Below, one piece after another: positions 27,615-36,970 of a stretch of DNA of 64,000 bases. The DNA lies in assembly GCA_910587235.1 (NCBI GenBank), contig CAJUKD010000002.1, forward strand, positions 52,943 through 116,942, in the 5' to 3' direction. This DNA is from an uncultured Muribaculaceae bacterium. GTDB taxonomy: Bacteria > Bacteroidota > Bacteroidia > Bacteroidales > Muribaculaceae. The notes under the pieces were generated by a model that ran no database searches, was not told where the DNA came from, and saw only the letters and a list, made by a program, of their open reading frames with translations. Positions within the stretch are counted from its first letter, which is position 1. Each line of letters opens with the position of its first letter. A program made the translations under genes and the position numbers.

Positions 27615-28826
27615 ATGAATTCAGGAATTCGATTATTTTTATCAGGACTAATTATAGCGGCAATAGCCTTAGGCGGCTTTTTCGCATGTAAAAAAATAAA
27701 GACTCACGAAACCCCGGCTCCACTGCAGCAATCTCTCGACTCCGTATTCACATCAGTATTCAGACTCCCCGATGCCCCGGGAGCAATAGTGATGATAACA
27801 AAAGACGACAGCTTGGTCTACAAACGCTCTTTCGGAATGGCAGCCCTTGACAAACCGCTGAAAATGACCGACAGCACTCTGCTCAACATCTGCTCTATAT
27901 CGAAACAATTCTCCGCTGTCGCACTCCTTAAACTCGAAGAACTGGAACTACTCTCTCTCGATGACACAGTCAAAAAATACTTCCCGCAGTACAAATCCGG
28001 AATTTTCAACAAAATAGCCCTGAGCAACCTCCTCTCCCACACGTCAGGACTACCCGACAACCGTCCTTACACCGAAGACGACTGGAAAGAATATTCAAAA
28101 ATTCACCAGAGCTGCTTCAACAACATATCCGATTTCTGCCACTACTGCCCCTGGCAGGAAAGTTGCGCTTTCTATGAAAACCTGGACACATTGAAATTCG
28201 AACCGGGAACCGCCTACGACTATCAGAACCCGACATATCAGCTCGTCCTGCCGATTGTCGAAAGCGTAACAGGAAAAAACTTCGACCTTTGGATGAAAGA
28301 GAACATATTCATGCCGGCAGGAATGACCGAAACCTATTATGTCCAGCAAGGCCGGATAATTCCACGAATGGCACATGCCTACCGACTCGCCGACTCGACC
28401 CGGCATACAAACGCATACATAAGCGAAAACGGTCGCTGGGAAGAATTCGACTACGGCGAAGCAAACTACTTCACCACAAAAGCCGACGGAGGAATATACA
28501 CAAGCGCACGCGATTTCCTCAAATGGCAACATGCTCTTTTCTCAGGAAAAATAATATCGGAAGAAGCTCTGTATCAAGCCATACAGCCGCATATAACCAC
28601 CGACATTCCGGACACCGGCTATGGCTACGGATTCTTTATCGAGGAAAAACCGGAAATGCCGCGTAAGATTTTCCACACCGGCGACAACGGAGCATTCTGT
28701 ACATACGCCGCAACAATACCCGAAAAAGGCATCAACTACATAATCTTCGCCAACCGCAACGACTGGAACCGTGAAGCGACCGTTGCCGCCACCGATTCAG
28801 TTCTTCGCGCCAACAGAATCCTATGA
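27615..28826 (+). CDS. serine hydrolase, beta-lactamase/PBP4*-like family (class C fold)
   Basis: N-terminal TM/signal. SxxK as SISKQF, YxN as YQN, and an HTG triad (FHTGDNG). Confidence 0.8.
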   Translation: MNSGIRLFLSGLIIAAIALGGFFACKKIKTHETPAPLQQSLDSVFTSVFRLPDAPGAIVMITKDDSLVYKRSFGMAALDKPLKMTDSTLLNICSISKQFSAVALLKLEELELLSLDDTVKKYFPQYKSGIFNKIALSNLLSHTSGLPDNRPYTEDDWKEYSKIHQSCFNNISDFCHYCPWQESCAFYENLDTLKFEPGTAYDYQNPTYQLVLPIVESVTGKNFDLWMKENIFMPAGMTETYYVQQGRIIPRMAHAYRLADSTRHTNAYISENGRWEEFDYGEANYFTTKADGGIYTSARDFLKWQHALFSGKIISEEALYQAIQPHITTDIPDTGYGYGFFIEEKPEMPRKIFHTGDNGAFCTYAATIPEKGINYIIFANRNDWNREATVAATDSVLRANRIL

Positions 28827-29635
28827 TCTCTCCGAAACTCGAAGTCCTGATCGCCACATTCGGCCGCGACGGCCTCGGACGGGTAATAGAAATGAACCTG
28901 CCCGAAGTCGAAGGCGTACGTTACCTCGTATGCTGCCAGAACCCCGCAGGCGAAAACCTCGACAGCGAAGCCGCACCACTGCTCCGCCGTCCCGACATCT
29001 CCATCCACTACTTCGCCGACCGCGGCTCCGCCGTCAACCGCAACCACGCATTCGACCTCGCACGCGCCCCGTACCTCCTGCTCGCCGACGACGACCTGCG
29101 CTACAAAGCCGAGGGGCTACGCCGGGTGATCGACACATTCGACTCGCACCCCGGCATCGACATAGCCACATTCCGAGCCGTAATGCCCGATCCGAGAATA
29201 CATCCCGACACCGAGCACGACCTCGACATTCCATTCCGATTCTACACACCGGTAATGTTCGAGATAGCCCTGCGACGCGACGCCGTCGAACGCATCGGAC
29301 TGCGTTTCAGCCATCTGACAGGAGTAGCCGCTCCCCGACTCGCCGCCGGCGAGGAAGACCTGCTCATTTTCCATGCTCTGCGAAAAGGGCTTAAAGGCCG
29401 CTTCTTTCCGGCAGACATTGTCGAACACCCCGGTTCCACAACATATTGGCGTCTTTACGACGACCCGCGCGTACTGCGCTCAAAAGGAGCCGTTTTCCGC
29501 ATAATCCACGGAAACATAGGAGCACTCATCCGCTACCCTATAGAAGCCCTGCGCTCGCCTGCCGGATTCTTCAAAGCGATATATTGCTACATCGACGGAT
29601 TCATCTACTCCATCATACACCGTAAAGAACTATGA
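28823..29635 (+). CDS. GT-A type glycosyltransferase (family 2-like)
   Basis: LEVLIATFGRDGL...NRNHAFDLARAPYLLLADDD. ATGA overlap with the preceding gene. Confidence 0.65.
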   Translation: MISPKLEVLIATFGRDGLGRVIEMNLPEVEGVRYLVCCQNPAGENLDSEAAPLLRRPDISIHYFADRGSAVNRNHAFDLARAPYLLLADDDLRYKAEGLRRVIDTFDSHPGIDIATFRAVMPDPRIHPDTEHDLDIPFRFYTPVMFEIALRRDAVERIGLRFSHLTGVAAPRLAAGEEDLLIFHALRKGLKGRFFPADIVEHPGSTTYWRLYDDPRVLRSKGAVFRIIHGNIGALIRYPIEALRSPAGFFKAIYCYIDGFIYSIIHRKEL

Positions 29636-30753
29636 AAGTACTGTTGATGGGCGACGCAAGCAACTACCACCGCTGCCTCGCCACAGGTCTCGCACGCCTC
29701 GGCCACAACGTCACAGTCGCATCTAACGGCTCCGGATGGATGGAAACCGCTCGCGACATCGACCTCTCGCGAAAACCCGCCGGAAAAATAGGCGGAGCCA
29801 TTCTGTGGGCGCGCCTCAACACTGTCCTGGCCTCACGCCTGAAAGGCTACGACATAGTCCATATAGCATCAAACGGCTTTGTCAGCCTGAAACCGCAGCG
29901 GATGCTGACAATATTCGACCGCCTGCGACACGACAACGGCAAGATATTCCTCTCCGCACTCGGCACCGACAGCATATTCGTCCGTGCATGCACAAAAAAA
30001 GACCCGCCCCTGCGCTACTCCGAATGGCAGCTGCCCTCAGGCCCGACAGAATGGAGCGCAAGACCCGAAGCTGCACGCGACATCTGGCTCTCCGACGAAC
30101 TTTACCGCCTCAGCGACCACCTCTATACCCATATCGACGGTATCGTGTCGGCTCTATACGAATACGACACCGTATGCCGCCACATGTACCCCGACGTACC
30201 CGTCGCCTACGGAGGAATACCGATCGACCTTAACGCGCTCCCCAGACGGACCGGCGGCAGCGACGACGACAAGCGCGCGCTGCTGCTCACCTACGCCGCC
30301 CACCGCGGGCGCGAAGGCGAAAAAGGAGCCGACATACTCCTGCGCGCAGCCCGCGAAGTAGCCGCACGTCATCCCCAAAAAGTAATACTCAGCTGCCCCG
30401 ACAACGTCCCCTACACACAGTTCATCGAAATACTGCGTCACAGCGACATAGTAACCGACCAGCTATACTCATTCACCCCCGCAACCACAGCTCTGCTGGC
30501 AATGGCTCTCGGTGCAGTACCCGTCAGCGGAGCCGAACCCGAATTCTACGACTTTATAGGCGAGAAAGAACTACGCCCTATCATAAACCCCGACCCATGC
30601 GACTTTGAAAAAACATGCAGCCGGCTCGAACGCATCGTCACCGACCGCGAACTTTTCAGATCCATACAGGCTCAGGGACGCGAATTCGTACAACGCCACA
30701 ACGACATCGACACCGTCGCGCGGCGCTTCGAAAACTTCTGGCTATCGCTTTGA
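29632..30753 (+). CDS. GT-B type glycosyltransferase (family 1/4-like)
   Basis: MKVLLMGDASNYHRCLATGLARLGHNVTV is a typical GT4 N-terminus. ATGA overlap with the preceding gene. Confidence 0.6.
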   Translation: MKVLLMGDASNYHRCLATGLARLGHNVTVASNGSGWMETARDIDLSRKPAGKIGGAILWARLNTVLASRLKGYDIVHIASNGFVSLKPQRMLTIFDRLRHDNGKIFLSALGTDSIFVRACTKKDPPLRYSEWQLPSGPTEWSARPEAARDIWLSDELYRLSDHLYTHIDGIVSALYEYDTVCRHMYPDVPVAYGGIPIDLNALPRRTGGSDDDKRALLLTYAAHRGREGEKGADILLRAAREVAARHPQKVILSCPDNVPYTQFIEILRHSDIVTDQLYSFTPATTALLAMALGAVPVSGAEPEFYDFIGEKELRPIINPDPCDFEKTCSRLERIVTDRELFRSIQAQGREFVQRHNDIDTVARRFENFWLSL

Positions 30754-31254
30754 ACCTGTCGACACCGAAATCGAATCGACCGTGATCTTGACATCGAAAG
30801 GCGTGGCCTGCGCCGCACGGTTCGATACCGACGAACGCACAAAATAAAAATTCTGCTGCACATCCCACGACGGCACATTCATCTGGCGGGTTTCCGCCGG
30901 CGGAAGTTCGCATTCCACCTCGCGCGACTGCGAGTGCAGCATCCGCCCGCTACCGTCGACATAGGTGAACGTCAGATACACCCGGCGAAGAGTATCGCTC
31001 TTCATGTTGTTCGTGACAAAAAAAGTTTCACGGCGCGAACGCAACGGCTTGTCATAACCGCGGACCGTCACAACCGACGCATCGGGAGCCGCCACAGAAC
31101 GCAACGACGAAACGTCGCGGACATCAGCCCGGACATCCGCAGCAGCCTGCGCATGAAGATTGCGGCGCGTAGTCCGTTGCGCCATCACATCGCAATCGGC
31201 AGCCGTCAGCGCGACAGCCGAAAGAACAAAAACAGAGAATAATTCGTTTTTCAT
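30742..31254 (-). CDS. hypothetical secreted protein (170 aa)
   Basis: Start moved to MKNELFSVFVLSAVALTAADC (signal peptide). Last gene of the purC-ubiE-DUF3078 string. Confidence 0.5.
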   Translation of the reverse strand: MKNELFSVFVLSAVALTAADCDVMAQRTTRRNLHAQAAADVRADVRDVSSLRSVAAPDASVVTVRGYDKPLRSRRETFFVTNNMKSDTLRRVYLTFTYVDGSGRMLHSQSREVECELPPAETRQMNVPSWDVQQNFYFVRSSVSNRAAQATPFDVKITVDSISVSTGSKR

Positions 31255-31319
31255 ATCTTTCTTTATAACAATCCTGAAACTATTTTTCCCTAATCTATAA
31301 GCGGAAATTTCTGATCTAA

Positions 31320-31886
31320 TCACAAAACCACCGGCCCGCGCGCTCCCGCCGAAGGAGGAAAGACCCTCACAGCGCCGTCAAGCCCCTCCGGCCTTGTCGA
31401 GTTCTCAACCACCGACACTCTGAACAGATAAGGAAGCCAGCGCCTCAGGCTGATGCGTTTCCCGCGGTGGTAACCCGACAGAGTAAAGCGGCCATCCTCG
31501 CCAAGCTCAAGAACATAATCATGCCCACGGCCTAACTTATCCTTGTAATCGCTGCGCAAACCCGGCGCAGTCCGCAACGAAACATCGTACACCCCTGCCC
31601 TGGCAGTCTGCCTCAACAGCCCCAGCTGAGTACCCGGCATAACCGTAAAATCAGGAGAATCGAGCAACACCACATCATACACATCCAAACTTCCCGCCCG
31701 GCGCTCTATGGCAAGCAGTGCACCGTCGCCGCTCATAAGCCACACACCCTCGACAGGCGCCAGATCAGCACGGCCGCTGAAATAAGGCGCATAATCAGCC
31801 GACAGCACAGGCCTGCCTGAAAAAGCGGCGGCCGCGGCGAAAAGAAACACCACAGCCGCCACGAATATTCTTGGAATACCCCTCAT
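31320..31886 (-). CDS. hypothetical secreted protein (188 aa)
   Basis: Signal peptide MRGIPRIFVAAVVFLFAAAAA. Its start overlaps the stop of the upstream gene (TGATG). Confidence 0.55.
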   Translation of the reverse strand: MRGIPRIFVAAVVFLFAAAAAFSGRPVLSADYAPYFSGRADLAPVEGVWLMSGDGALLAIERRAGSLDVYDVVLLDSPDFTVMPGTQLGLLRQTARAGVYDVSLRTAPGLRSDYKDKLGRGHDYVLELGEDGRFTLSGYHRGKRISLRRWLPYLFRVSVVENSTRPEGLDGAVRVFPPSAGARGPVVL

Positions 31887-33265
31887 CAGATACTTGAGAA
31901 CTTATAGGCAAAACCGATCGACAGAATTTCCTTGACCTGCAACTTGTGCCATCCCGGATCCTCGCAAGGAGGAGTCTTGCTGTCATAACGCGCATGCACA
32001 TAAATCTGCGTCGTCAGGAAACGGTTGATCTCGAACGAAACCGTATTCTCCCAGTCGCCCTGAATCTGGCCGTAGTCCGTGAAAACGAACAGACGTGACG
32101 ACAGAGATATATTGTGCATGATTTTCCATGCCACCTTGAACTCCGCGCTCGAACCTATCTTGTGCACCGTGTTGCGCCCCGGCTCTATGTTGTAGGCCGT
32201 TTCATCTATGCGGTTGTTTATACACGTCCACATATTGTAGGAAAGCGGCGCGAGCGACATATCGAACTTCACCGTCTTCTTCTGGTTCTCGTAATTGTAA
32301 GTCATACCGATACCGGCCGTCAGCTCGCCCGGCGAAAGAAATGACGAGCGCAGATCCATGCTGTTCGAGGCATACGAATTCAACAGCTGCGTCTTGAACT
32401 GGGCATTGAGTGAGTAGTACCACCTGCGGGCGGCTTTCAGACCGAACGTGGAATTTATCTGGAACAAGTCGTCCGAAATATTGTAGTCATGCACCTCGTC
32501 GTCCGGCGCGTTGTTCATGCCAAGCTTATATTGGGCCGTAGTTTCGAAAAGCAGATTGGGATGATACTCCTGGTTAAGCTTCACATTGTAGTATATATTG
32601 CCCAGCATGTTCAGGTTGTTGTTACCACCCTGATACCAGTTCGGCGACACATAAGCCTGCGAGAACTGCAGCGACGCCGTAAATGTCCGCAGCCAGTGGC
32701 GCTTCTTCACCGGTGCCACCTCGATCGTCGGAGCCACCTGGTCGGCGCCCGGCAACTCGCGTATCTCTATGGTATGATCCTCCGGATTCACAACCGCATG
32801 ATATTCCTTGGGAGCCTCCGGAAGCATCCCGACATTGTAGAACACAGCATCAGGCGATGAATAGAACAGATTATACTTCATCGTCTTCATCTTGCTCTGA
32901 AGAGCGTCATGCTCCTCTATCCAACGCATTTCGGGACGGCCCGACAGATCCGCCGAAATCATATTGTCCCCCTGCGGGAACTCATAATGATCGTAAACAG
33001 CCGGAATAAAGAAATAATCAGGAAGCGGAAGCGTGCCCACAAGCTCATCGTATGGCCGCTCATTAGCCATACTGTCGATAAGCTGGAAATACGCCGGACG
33101 TTCGGCGACACTGTCAGTCGCTATAGAAGCTGAAACATAATCGCAAGCCCGGAATGGAGTATCGACAGAGGCTGAAACCTCAGTAACATTATCCTGGGCC
33201 GAAACCGCCGGAACTGCACCGGCCAGCATGAAAGCCGCGGCAAAAAGCGCTGTTGGTCTGTACAT
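31886..33265 (-). CDS. DUF3078-like outer-membrane beta-barrel protein
   Basis: Signal peptide. QFSQAYVSPNWYQGGNNNLNMLGNIYYN is the motif I associate with DUF3078. Terminal ...GFAYKFSSI. Confidence 0.6.
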   Translation of the reverse strand: MYRPTALFAAAFMLAGAVPAVSAQDNVTEVSASVDTPFRACDYVSASIATDSVAERPAYFQLIDSMANERPYDELVGTLPLPDYFFIPAVYDHYEFPQGDNMISADLSGRPEMRWIEEHDALQSKMKTMKYNLFYSSPDAVFYNVGMLPEAPKEYHAVVNPEDHTIEIRELPGADQVAPTIEVAPVKKRHWLRTFTASLQFSQAYVSPNWYQGGNNNLNMLGNIYYNVKLNQEYHPNLLFETTAQYKLGMNNAPDDEVHDYNISDDLFQINSTFGLKAARRWYYSLNAQFKTQLLNSYASNSMDLRSSFLSPGELTAGIGMTYNYENQKKTVKFDMSLAPLSYNMWTCINNRIDETAYNIEPGRNTVHKIGSSAEFKVAWKIMHNISLSSRLFVFTDYGQIQGDWENTVSFEINRFLTTQIYVHARYDSKTPPCEDPGWHKLQVKEILSIGFAYKFSSI

Positions 33266-33314
33266 ATATCGTTGCTGTGTTTTACGTAAATTCTACAAAT
33301 AGTTGAAACCTGTG

Positions 33315-34061
33315 TTACGAAAGCGGCCTGAACGCCGTATAGAGAGTGCATGCGCCGAAAGTGAACCTGCGGAAAGCACAGTCGGCAAATCCCGCCTCCG
33401 CCATCAGAGCCAGCATGTCGCTTCCCTGCGCAACAGCCGCTATACTCTCGGGAAGATAGGAATAAGCACTCGTATCGCGCGACACCAGGCGACCCGCAGC
33501 CGGAATTATCCGTTTAGTATAGAAATTGTAGAGCGGACGCACAAGCGGCGACGTCGGAACCGACAGCTCCAGCACCACAAGCATACCGCCCGGTCTGAGT
33601 ACACGAAGCATCTCGCGGTAACCGCCGGCAATGTCCGCGAAATTCCGTACTCCATAAGCCACCGTCACCACATCCGCCGAAGAATCGGCAAGAGGCAGAT
33701 CCAGACAATCGCCTGTCATAAAGCTCACAGCCGCATCTGGAACTGCCTCCGATGCTTTTAGGCGCCCTATCTCGAGCATACCATCCGAAAGATCTATGCC
33801 CAGAATCCGTGCCGACGGAAGACGCCTTGCCATCGCAATGGCAAGATCACCCGTACCGCTGGCCACATCCACAATATCGGCCGGACACCGGGCGGCGACA
33901 CAGTCCACAGCGCGACGGCGCCATATGCGGTCTATGCCCATAGTCATCGCACGGTTCATGAAGTCGTAGGCCGGCGCGATGCTGTCGAACATATCGCGCA
34001 CCTGTTCACCCTTGGCCCGGCCGTCATCCTTGTAGGGCTTTATGCTTTCAGCCTTGTCCAA
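33315..34061 (-). CDS. ubiE: demethylmenaquinone / ubiquinone C-methyltransferase
   Basis: VRDMFDSIAPAYDFMNRAMTMGIDRIWRR and the SAM motif VDVASGTGDLA. Confidence 0.9.
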   Translation of the reverse strand: MDKAESIKPYKDDGRAKGEQVRDMFDSIAPAYDFMNRAMTMGIDRIWRRRAVDCVAARCPADIVDVASGTGDLAIAMARRLPSARILGIDLSDGMLEIGRLKASEAVPDAAVSFMTGDCLDLPLADSSADVVTVAYGVRNFADIAGGYREMLRVLRPGGMLVVLELSVPTSPLVRPLYNFYTKRIIPAAGRLVSRDTSAYSYLPESIAAVAQGSDMLALMAEAGFADCAFRRFTFGACTLYTAFRPLS

Positions 34062-34073
34062 AACACCGAAAAT

Positions 34074-35021
34074 TTACTTTGAAGTAAGCCACGCCTCAAC
34101 ATTGCGGCCTATGCGGGCGGCCGGGTCGGAATCATCGGCCTTGACAAACTTCTCGCCCGTAATACGCTCGTAAAGCTCTATATAGCGTTCCGAAATACTT
34201 TCACATATCTCAGGCGTCATTTCAGGCACCTGCTCGCCCGGACGGCCCATGAAACCGTTCTCGATAAGCCACTGGCGCACGAACTCCTTCGAAAGCTGGC
34301 GCTGGGGTTCGCCGGCAGCAAAACGCTCCTCGTAACCGTCGGCATAGAAATAGCGCGACGAATCAGGAGTATGGATTTCGTCGATAAGCATCACCCGGCC
34401 ATCGTGCTTGCCGAACTCATACTTAGTGTCGACAAGAATCAGACCCTTCTCGGCAGCCATACGGGTGCCTATCTCGAAAAGAGTGCGCGTATAGCGCTCC
34501 ATCACCTCGTAATCCTCGGCGCTGACAATTCCGCGGGCTATGATCTCCTCTCGCGAGATATTCTCGTCATGGCCGGCCTCGGCCTTGGTCGTAGGAGTGA
34601 TGATAGGCTCGGGGAAACGCTCGTTCTCGCGCATACCCTCGGGAAGACGCACTCCGCAGATCTCCCTGACACCCGACGCATACTCGCGCCAGGCGCTGCC
34701 CGTCAGATAACCGCGTATGATCATCTCGACGCGGAAACCCTCGCAACGCACTCCCGCAGTCACCATCGGATCCGGGACCGCACGCTTCCAGTTCGGAACA
34801 GCATCCGCCGTCGCGTCAAGAAACTTGGCGGCTATAGAATTGAGAACCTGACCCTTGTAGGGAATACCCTTGGGGAGAATGACGTCGAATGCCGAGATGC
34901 GGTCAGTGGCTATCATTACAAGACGGTCGCCGTCGAGAGTATAGACATCGCGAACTTTACCGTGATAGACAGCCTCCTGGCCCGGAAAATTGTAATCTGT
35001 GGAAACTAAGGTCTGTGCCAT
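34074..35021 (-). CDS. purC: phosphoribosylaminoimidazole-succinocarboxamide synthase
   Basis: 315-aa long form: [34 protein letters not shown]. Confidence 0.95.
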   Translation of the reverse strand: MAQTLVSTDYNFPGQEAVYHGKVRDVYTLDGDRLVMIATDRISAFDVILPKGIPYKGQVLNSIAAKFLDATADAVPNWKRAVPDPMVTAGVRCEGFRVEMIIRGYLTGSAWREYASGVREICGVRLPEGMRENERFPEPIITPTTKAEAGHDENISREEIIARGIVSAEDYEVMERYTRTLFEIGTRMAAEKGLILVDTKYEFGKHDGRVMLIDEIHTPDSSRYFYADGYEERFAAGEPQRQLSKEFVRQWLIENGFMGRPGEQVPEMTPEICESISERYIELYERITGEKFVKADDSDPAARIGRNVEAWLTSK

Positions 35022-35068
35022 TGCTTCGAAATGATGATTGTGATAAAATAAGGCTTTTTAACCGACTG

Positions 35069-35107
35069 CAAAAGTACGAATAAGAGAGCGCAAAAACAAA
35101 TTCATTT
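35069..35107 (-). promoter_or_regulatory. purC promoter module P1 (copy 1 of a 39-bp direct repeat)
   Basis: Minus strand reads AAATGAATTTG-N20-TACTTTTG. The -7 box is at 35069-35076 and the -33 TTTG at 35097-35100. Confidence 0.55.
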
Positions 35108-35141
35108 GATTTTTGCCGAACGAAAGTACTTAAGACAAAGT

Positions 35142-35180
35142 CAAAAGTACGAACAAGAGAGCGCAAAAACAAATTCATTT
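35142..35180 (-). promoter_or_regulatory. purC promoter module P2 (copy 2 of the 39-bp direct repeat)
   Basis: 38 of 39 positions are identical to 35069-35107. The -7 box is at 35142-35149 and the -33 at 35170-35173. Confidence 0.5.
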
Positions 35181-35211
35181 CCGTTTTTATGGCGCAGCCT
35201 GTTTCATTGCT

Positions 35212-35240
35212 TTCACGTAGGGACGTGCCGCGGCACGTCT
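35212..35240 (+). repeat. palindromic intergenic element, copy a
   Basis: TTCACGTAGGGACGTGCCGCGGCACGTCT. The core GACGTGCCGCGGCACGTC (35222-35239) is a perfect 18-bp palindrome. The 29 nt are identical to 56364-56392. Confidence 0.85.
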
Positions 35241-35347
35241 TGTCAGGTTGACAGACAAAAAATGTTATTTCGCATGCCGGCAGACCTATAATTTAAAGGC
35301 ATATCGGCCAAGAGAGCGGAATCTGGATTTTTTTCGCTATTTTTGCC

Positions 35348-35355
35348 GGATAAAT
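35348..35355 (+). promoter_or_regulatory. candidate -7 box (TATTTTTG) for the DUF4199-GT2 operon
   Basis: 16 nt upstream of the ATG at 35371. Confidence 0.4.
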
Positions 35356-35370
35356 AAAAAAGACCCTACG

Positions 35371-35967
35371 ATGGAAGAAAAATCAGTTCCCCCGCCAAGC
35401 CTTATCATCAACCGCGCAGGCCACAACGGCCTTTGGCTCGGAGCATACCTGTCGGCTCTCGCTGTCGGCAGCGGCCTGTCGGCAACCGTGCCGCTGCTCT
35501 CCCTGCTCGTATGGGCGCTGACAATCTATCTGCCTTTCTACACCTACCGCATTATCGTGCGCGGCTACGCGGCATCCGATTTCCGCAGCCGTTTCGTCGA
35601 CCTGTGGGCCGAAGGCATAGTAAGCTATCTCCTCGGCAGCCTCTTTCAGGCTCTGACTGTCTACATCTGCCTACGCTTCATCGCTCCCGGATTCATTGAA
35701 ACCCAGGTCAACACCGCCATGGAAATCCTGCGCGCCGCCGCCGACCCGTCGACCATAGCCTTGGCCGACAACATCGAAAGCATCGTTGCCTCGACAGGAC
35801 TCCCCAGACCGACCGACATAGCCATACAGCTTGTGGCTTTCAACATCATCGCAGGTTTCGTGCTCTCGCTATTCGCCTCATTAGCGGCAATATCCGCCTA
35901 CCGCTCGCCCGAAAAGCGCCGCCGATACACCGAATCACACCCCGATAAAAACTCAGACAACCGATAA
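35371..35967 (+). CDS. DUF4199-like membrane protein
   Basis: Start moved to MEEKSVPPP. Four TM helices. Its position directly before a DPM1/GtrB-like GT2 is as in other Bacteroidota (from memory). Confidence 0.55.
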   Translation: MEEKSVPPPSLIINRAGHNGLWLGAYLSALAVGSGLSATVPLLSLLVWALTIYLPFYTYRIIVRGYAASDFRSRFVDLWAEGIVSYLLGSLFQALTVYICLRFIAPGFIETQVNTAMEILRAAADPSTIALADNIESIVASTGLPRPTDIAIQLVAFNIIAGFVLSLFASLAAISAYRSPEKRRRYTESHPDKNSDNR

Positions 35968-36959
35968 TGGACATCTCCGTAATAGTCCCGCTTTACAACG
36001 AAGCCGAATCGCTACCCGAACTCGAGGCCTGGATTGCCCGGGTGATGGACGCCAACCGCTTCAGCTACGAAATAATATTTGTCGACGACGGATCCACCGA
36101 CGACTCCTGGAAGGTTATCCGCCATCTTCAGCAACAGCACCCGCAGACAGTCCGCGGCGTGTCGTTCCGCCGCAACTACGGCAAATCGCCTGCCCTAAAC
36201 ACCGGATTCCGACTCGCACAGGGCGATGTGGTCATAACAATGGACGCCGACCTGCAGGACAGCCCCGACGAGATTCCCGAACTGTACCGGATGGTCACAG
36301 CCGGCGGCTACGACCTCGTGTCGGGTTACAAGCAGAAGCGCTACGACCCCCTGTCGAAGACCATTCCGACAAAACTGTTCAACGCCACGGCACGCCGCGT
36401 CAGCGGAATCCGCAACCTCCACGATTTCAACTGCGGACTCAAGGCCTACCGCGCCAAAGTCGTCCGCCACATCGAAGTCTACGGCGACATGCACCGCTAC
36501 ATCCCCTACCTCGCCAAACTCGCGGGCTTCAACAGGATAGGCGAAAAAGTGGTGAAGCATCAGGCCAGAAAGTACGGCCGCACCAAATTCGGACTCGACC
36601 GCTTCGTCAACGGCTATCTCGATCTGCTCACGCTTTGGTTCACAGGCCGTTTCGGCAAAAAACCCATGCACTTCTTCGGCCTGCTCGGCTCGCTTATGTT
36701 CATCCTCGGATTCGTGGCTGTCGCTATTGTCGGAGGAATGAAGCTATACAACATGTACAGCGGCGCCCCCTATACACTTGTGACAAACTCTCCCTACTTC
36801 TTCCTGTCGCTGACACTGATGATCCTCGGCTGCCAACTCTTCCTCGCCGGATTCATAGGCGAACTGGTAGTGCGCAACTCCAACAAACGCAACGACTACG
36901 AAATCGACGAATACCTCAACATCGACTGTCCCGTCGCCGGCGACAGAAAACAAGGCTAA
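35967..36959 (+). CDS. polyprenyl-phosphate glycosyltransferase (GT2, DPM1/GtrB/ArnC-like)
   Basis: ISVIVPLYNEAESL, IFVDDGSTDDS, ITMDADLQD, RYIPYLA and two C-terminal TM helices. Confidence 0.85.
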   Translation: MDISVIVPLYNEAESLPELEAWIARVMDANRFSYEIIFVDDGSTDDSWKVIRHLQQQHPQTVRGVSFRRNYGKSPALNTGFRLAQGDVVITMDADLQDSPDEIPELYRMVTAGGYDLVSGYKQKRYDPLSKTIPTKLFNATARRVSGIRNLHDFNCGLKAYRAKVVRHIEVYGDMHRYIPYLAKLAGFNRIGEKVVKHQARKYGRTKFGLDRFVNGYLDLLTLWFTGRFGKKPMHFFGLLGSLMFILGFVAVAIVGGMKLYNMYSGAPYTLVTNSPYFFLSLTLMILGCQLFLAGFIGELVVRNSNKRNDYEIDEYLNIDCPVAGDRKQG

Positions 36960-36970
36960 ACCTGACTATC

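Noticed and set aside
35230-35245. Possible sigma-54 type GGCAC-N5-TTGC element within the palindrome (GGCACGTCTTGTC).
   Set aside because: Neither the spacing nor the -12 element fits the TGGCAC-N5-TTGCW consensus. The match comes from the palindrome itself.
35248-35291. TTGACA (35248-35253) and TATAAT (35287-35292) hexamers downstream of palindromic element copy a.
   Set aside because: The spacer is 33 nt rather than about 17 nt. Bacteroidota primary sigma factors use TTTG/TAnnTTTG. Copy b has TTGACA but no TATAAT-like partner. This is probably coincidence, although the shared GGTTGACAG box is reported above.
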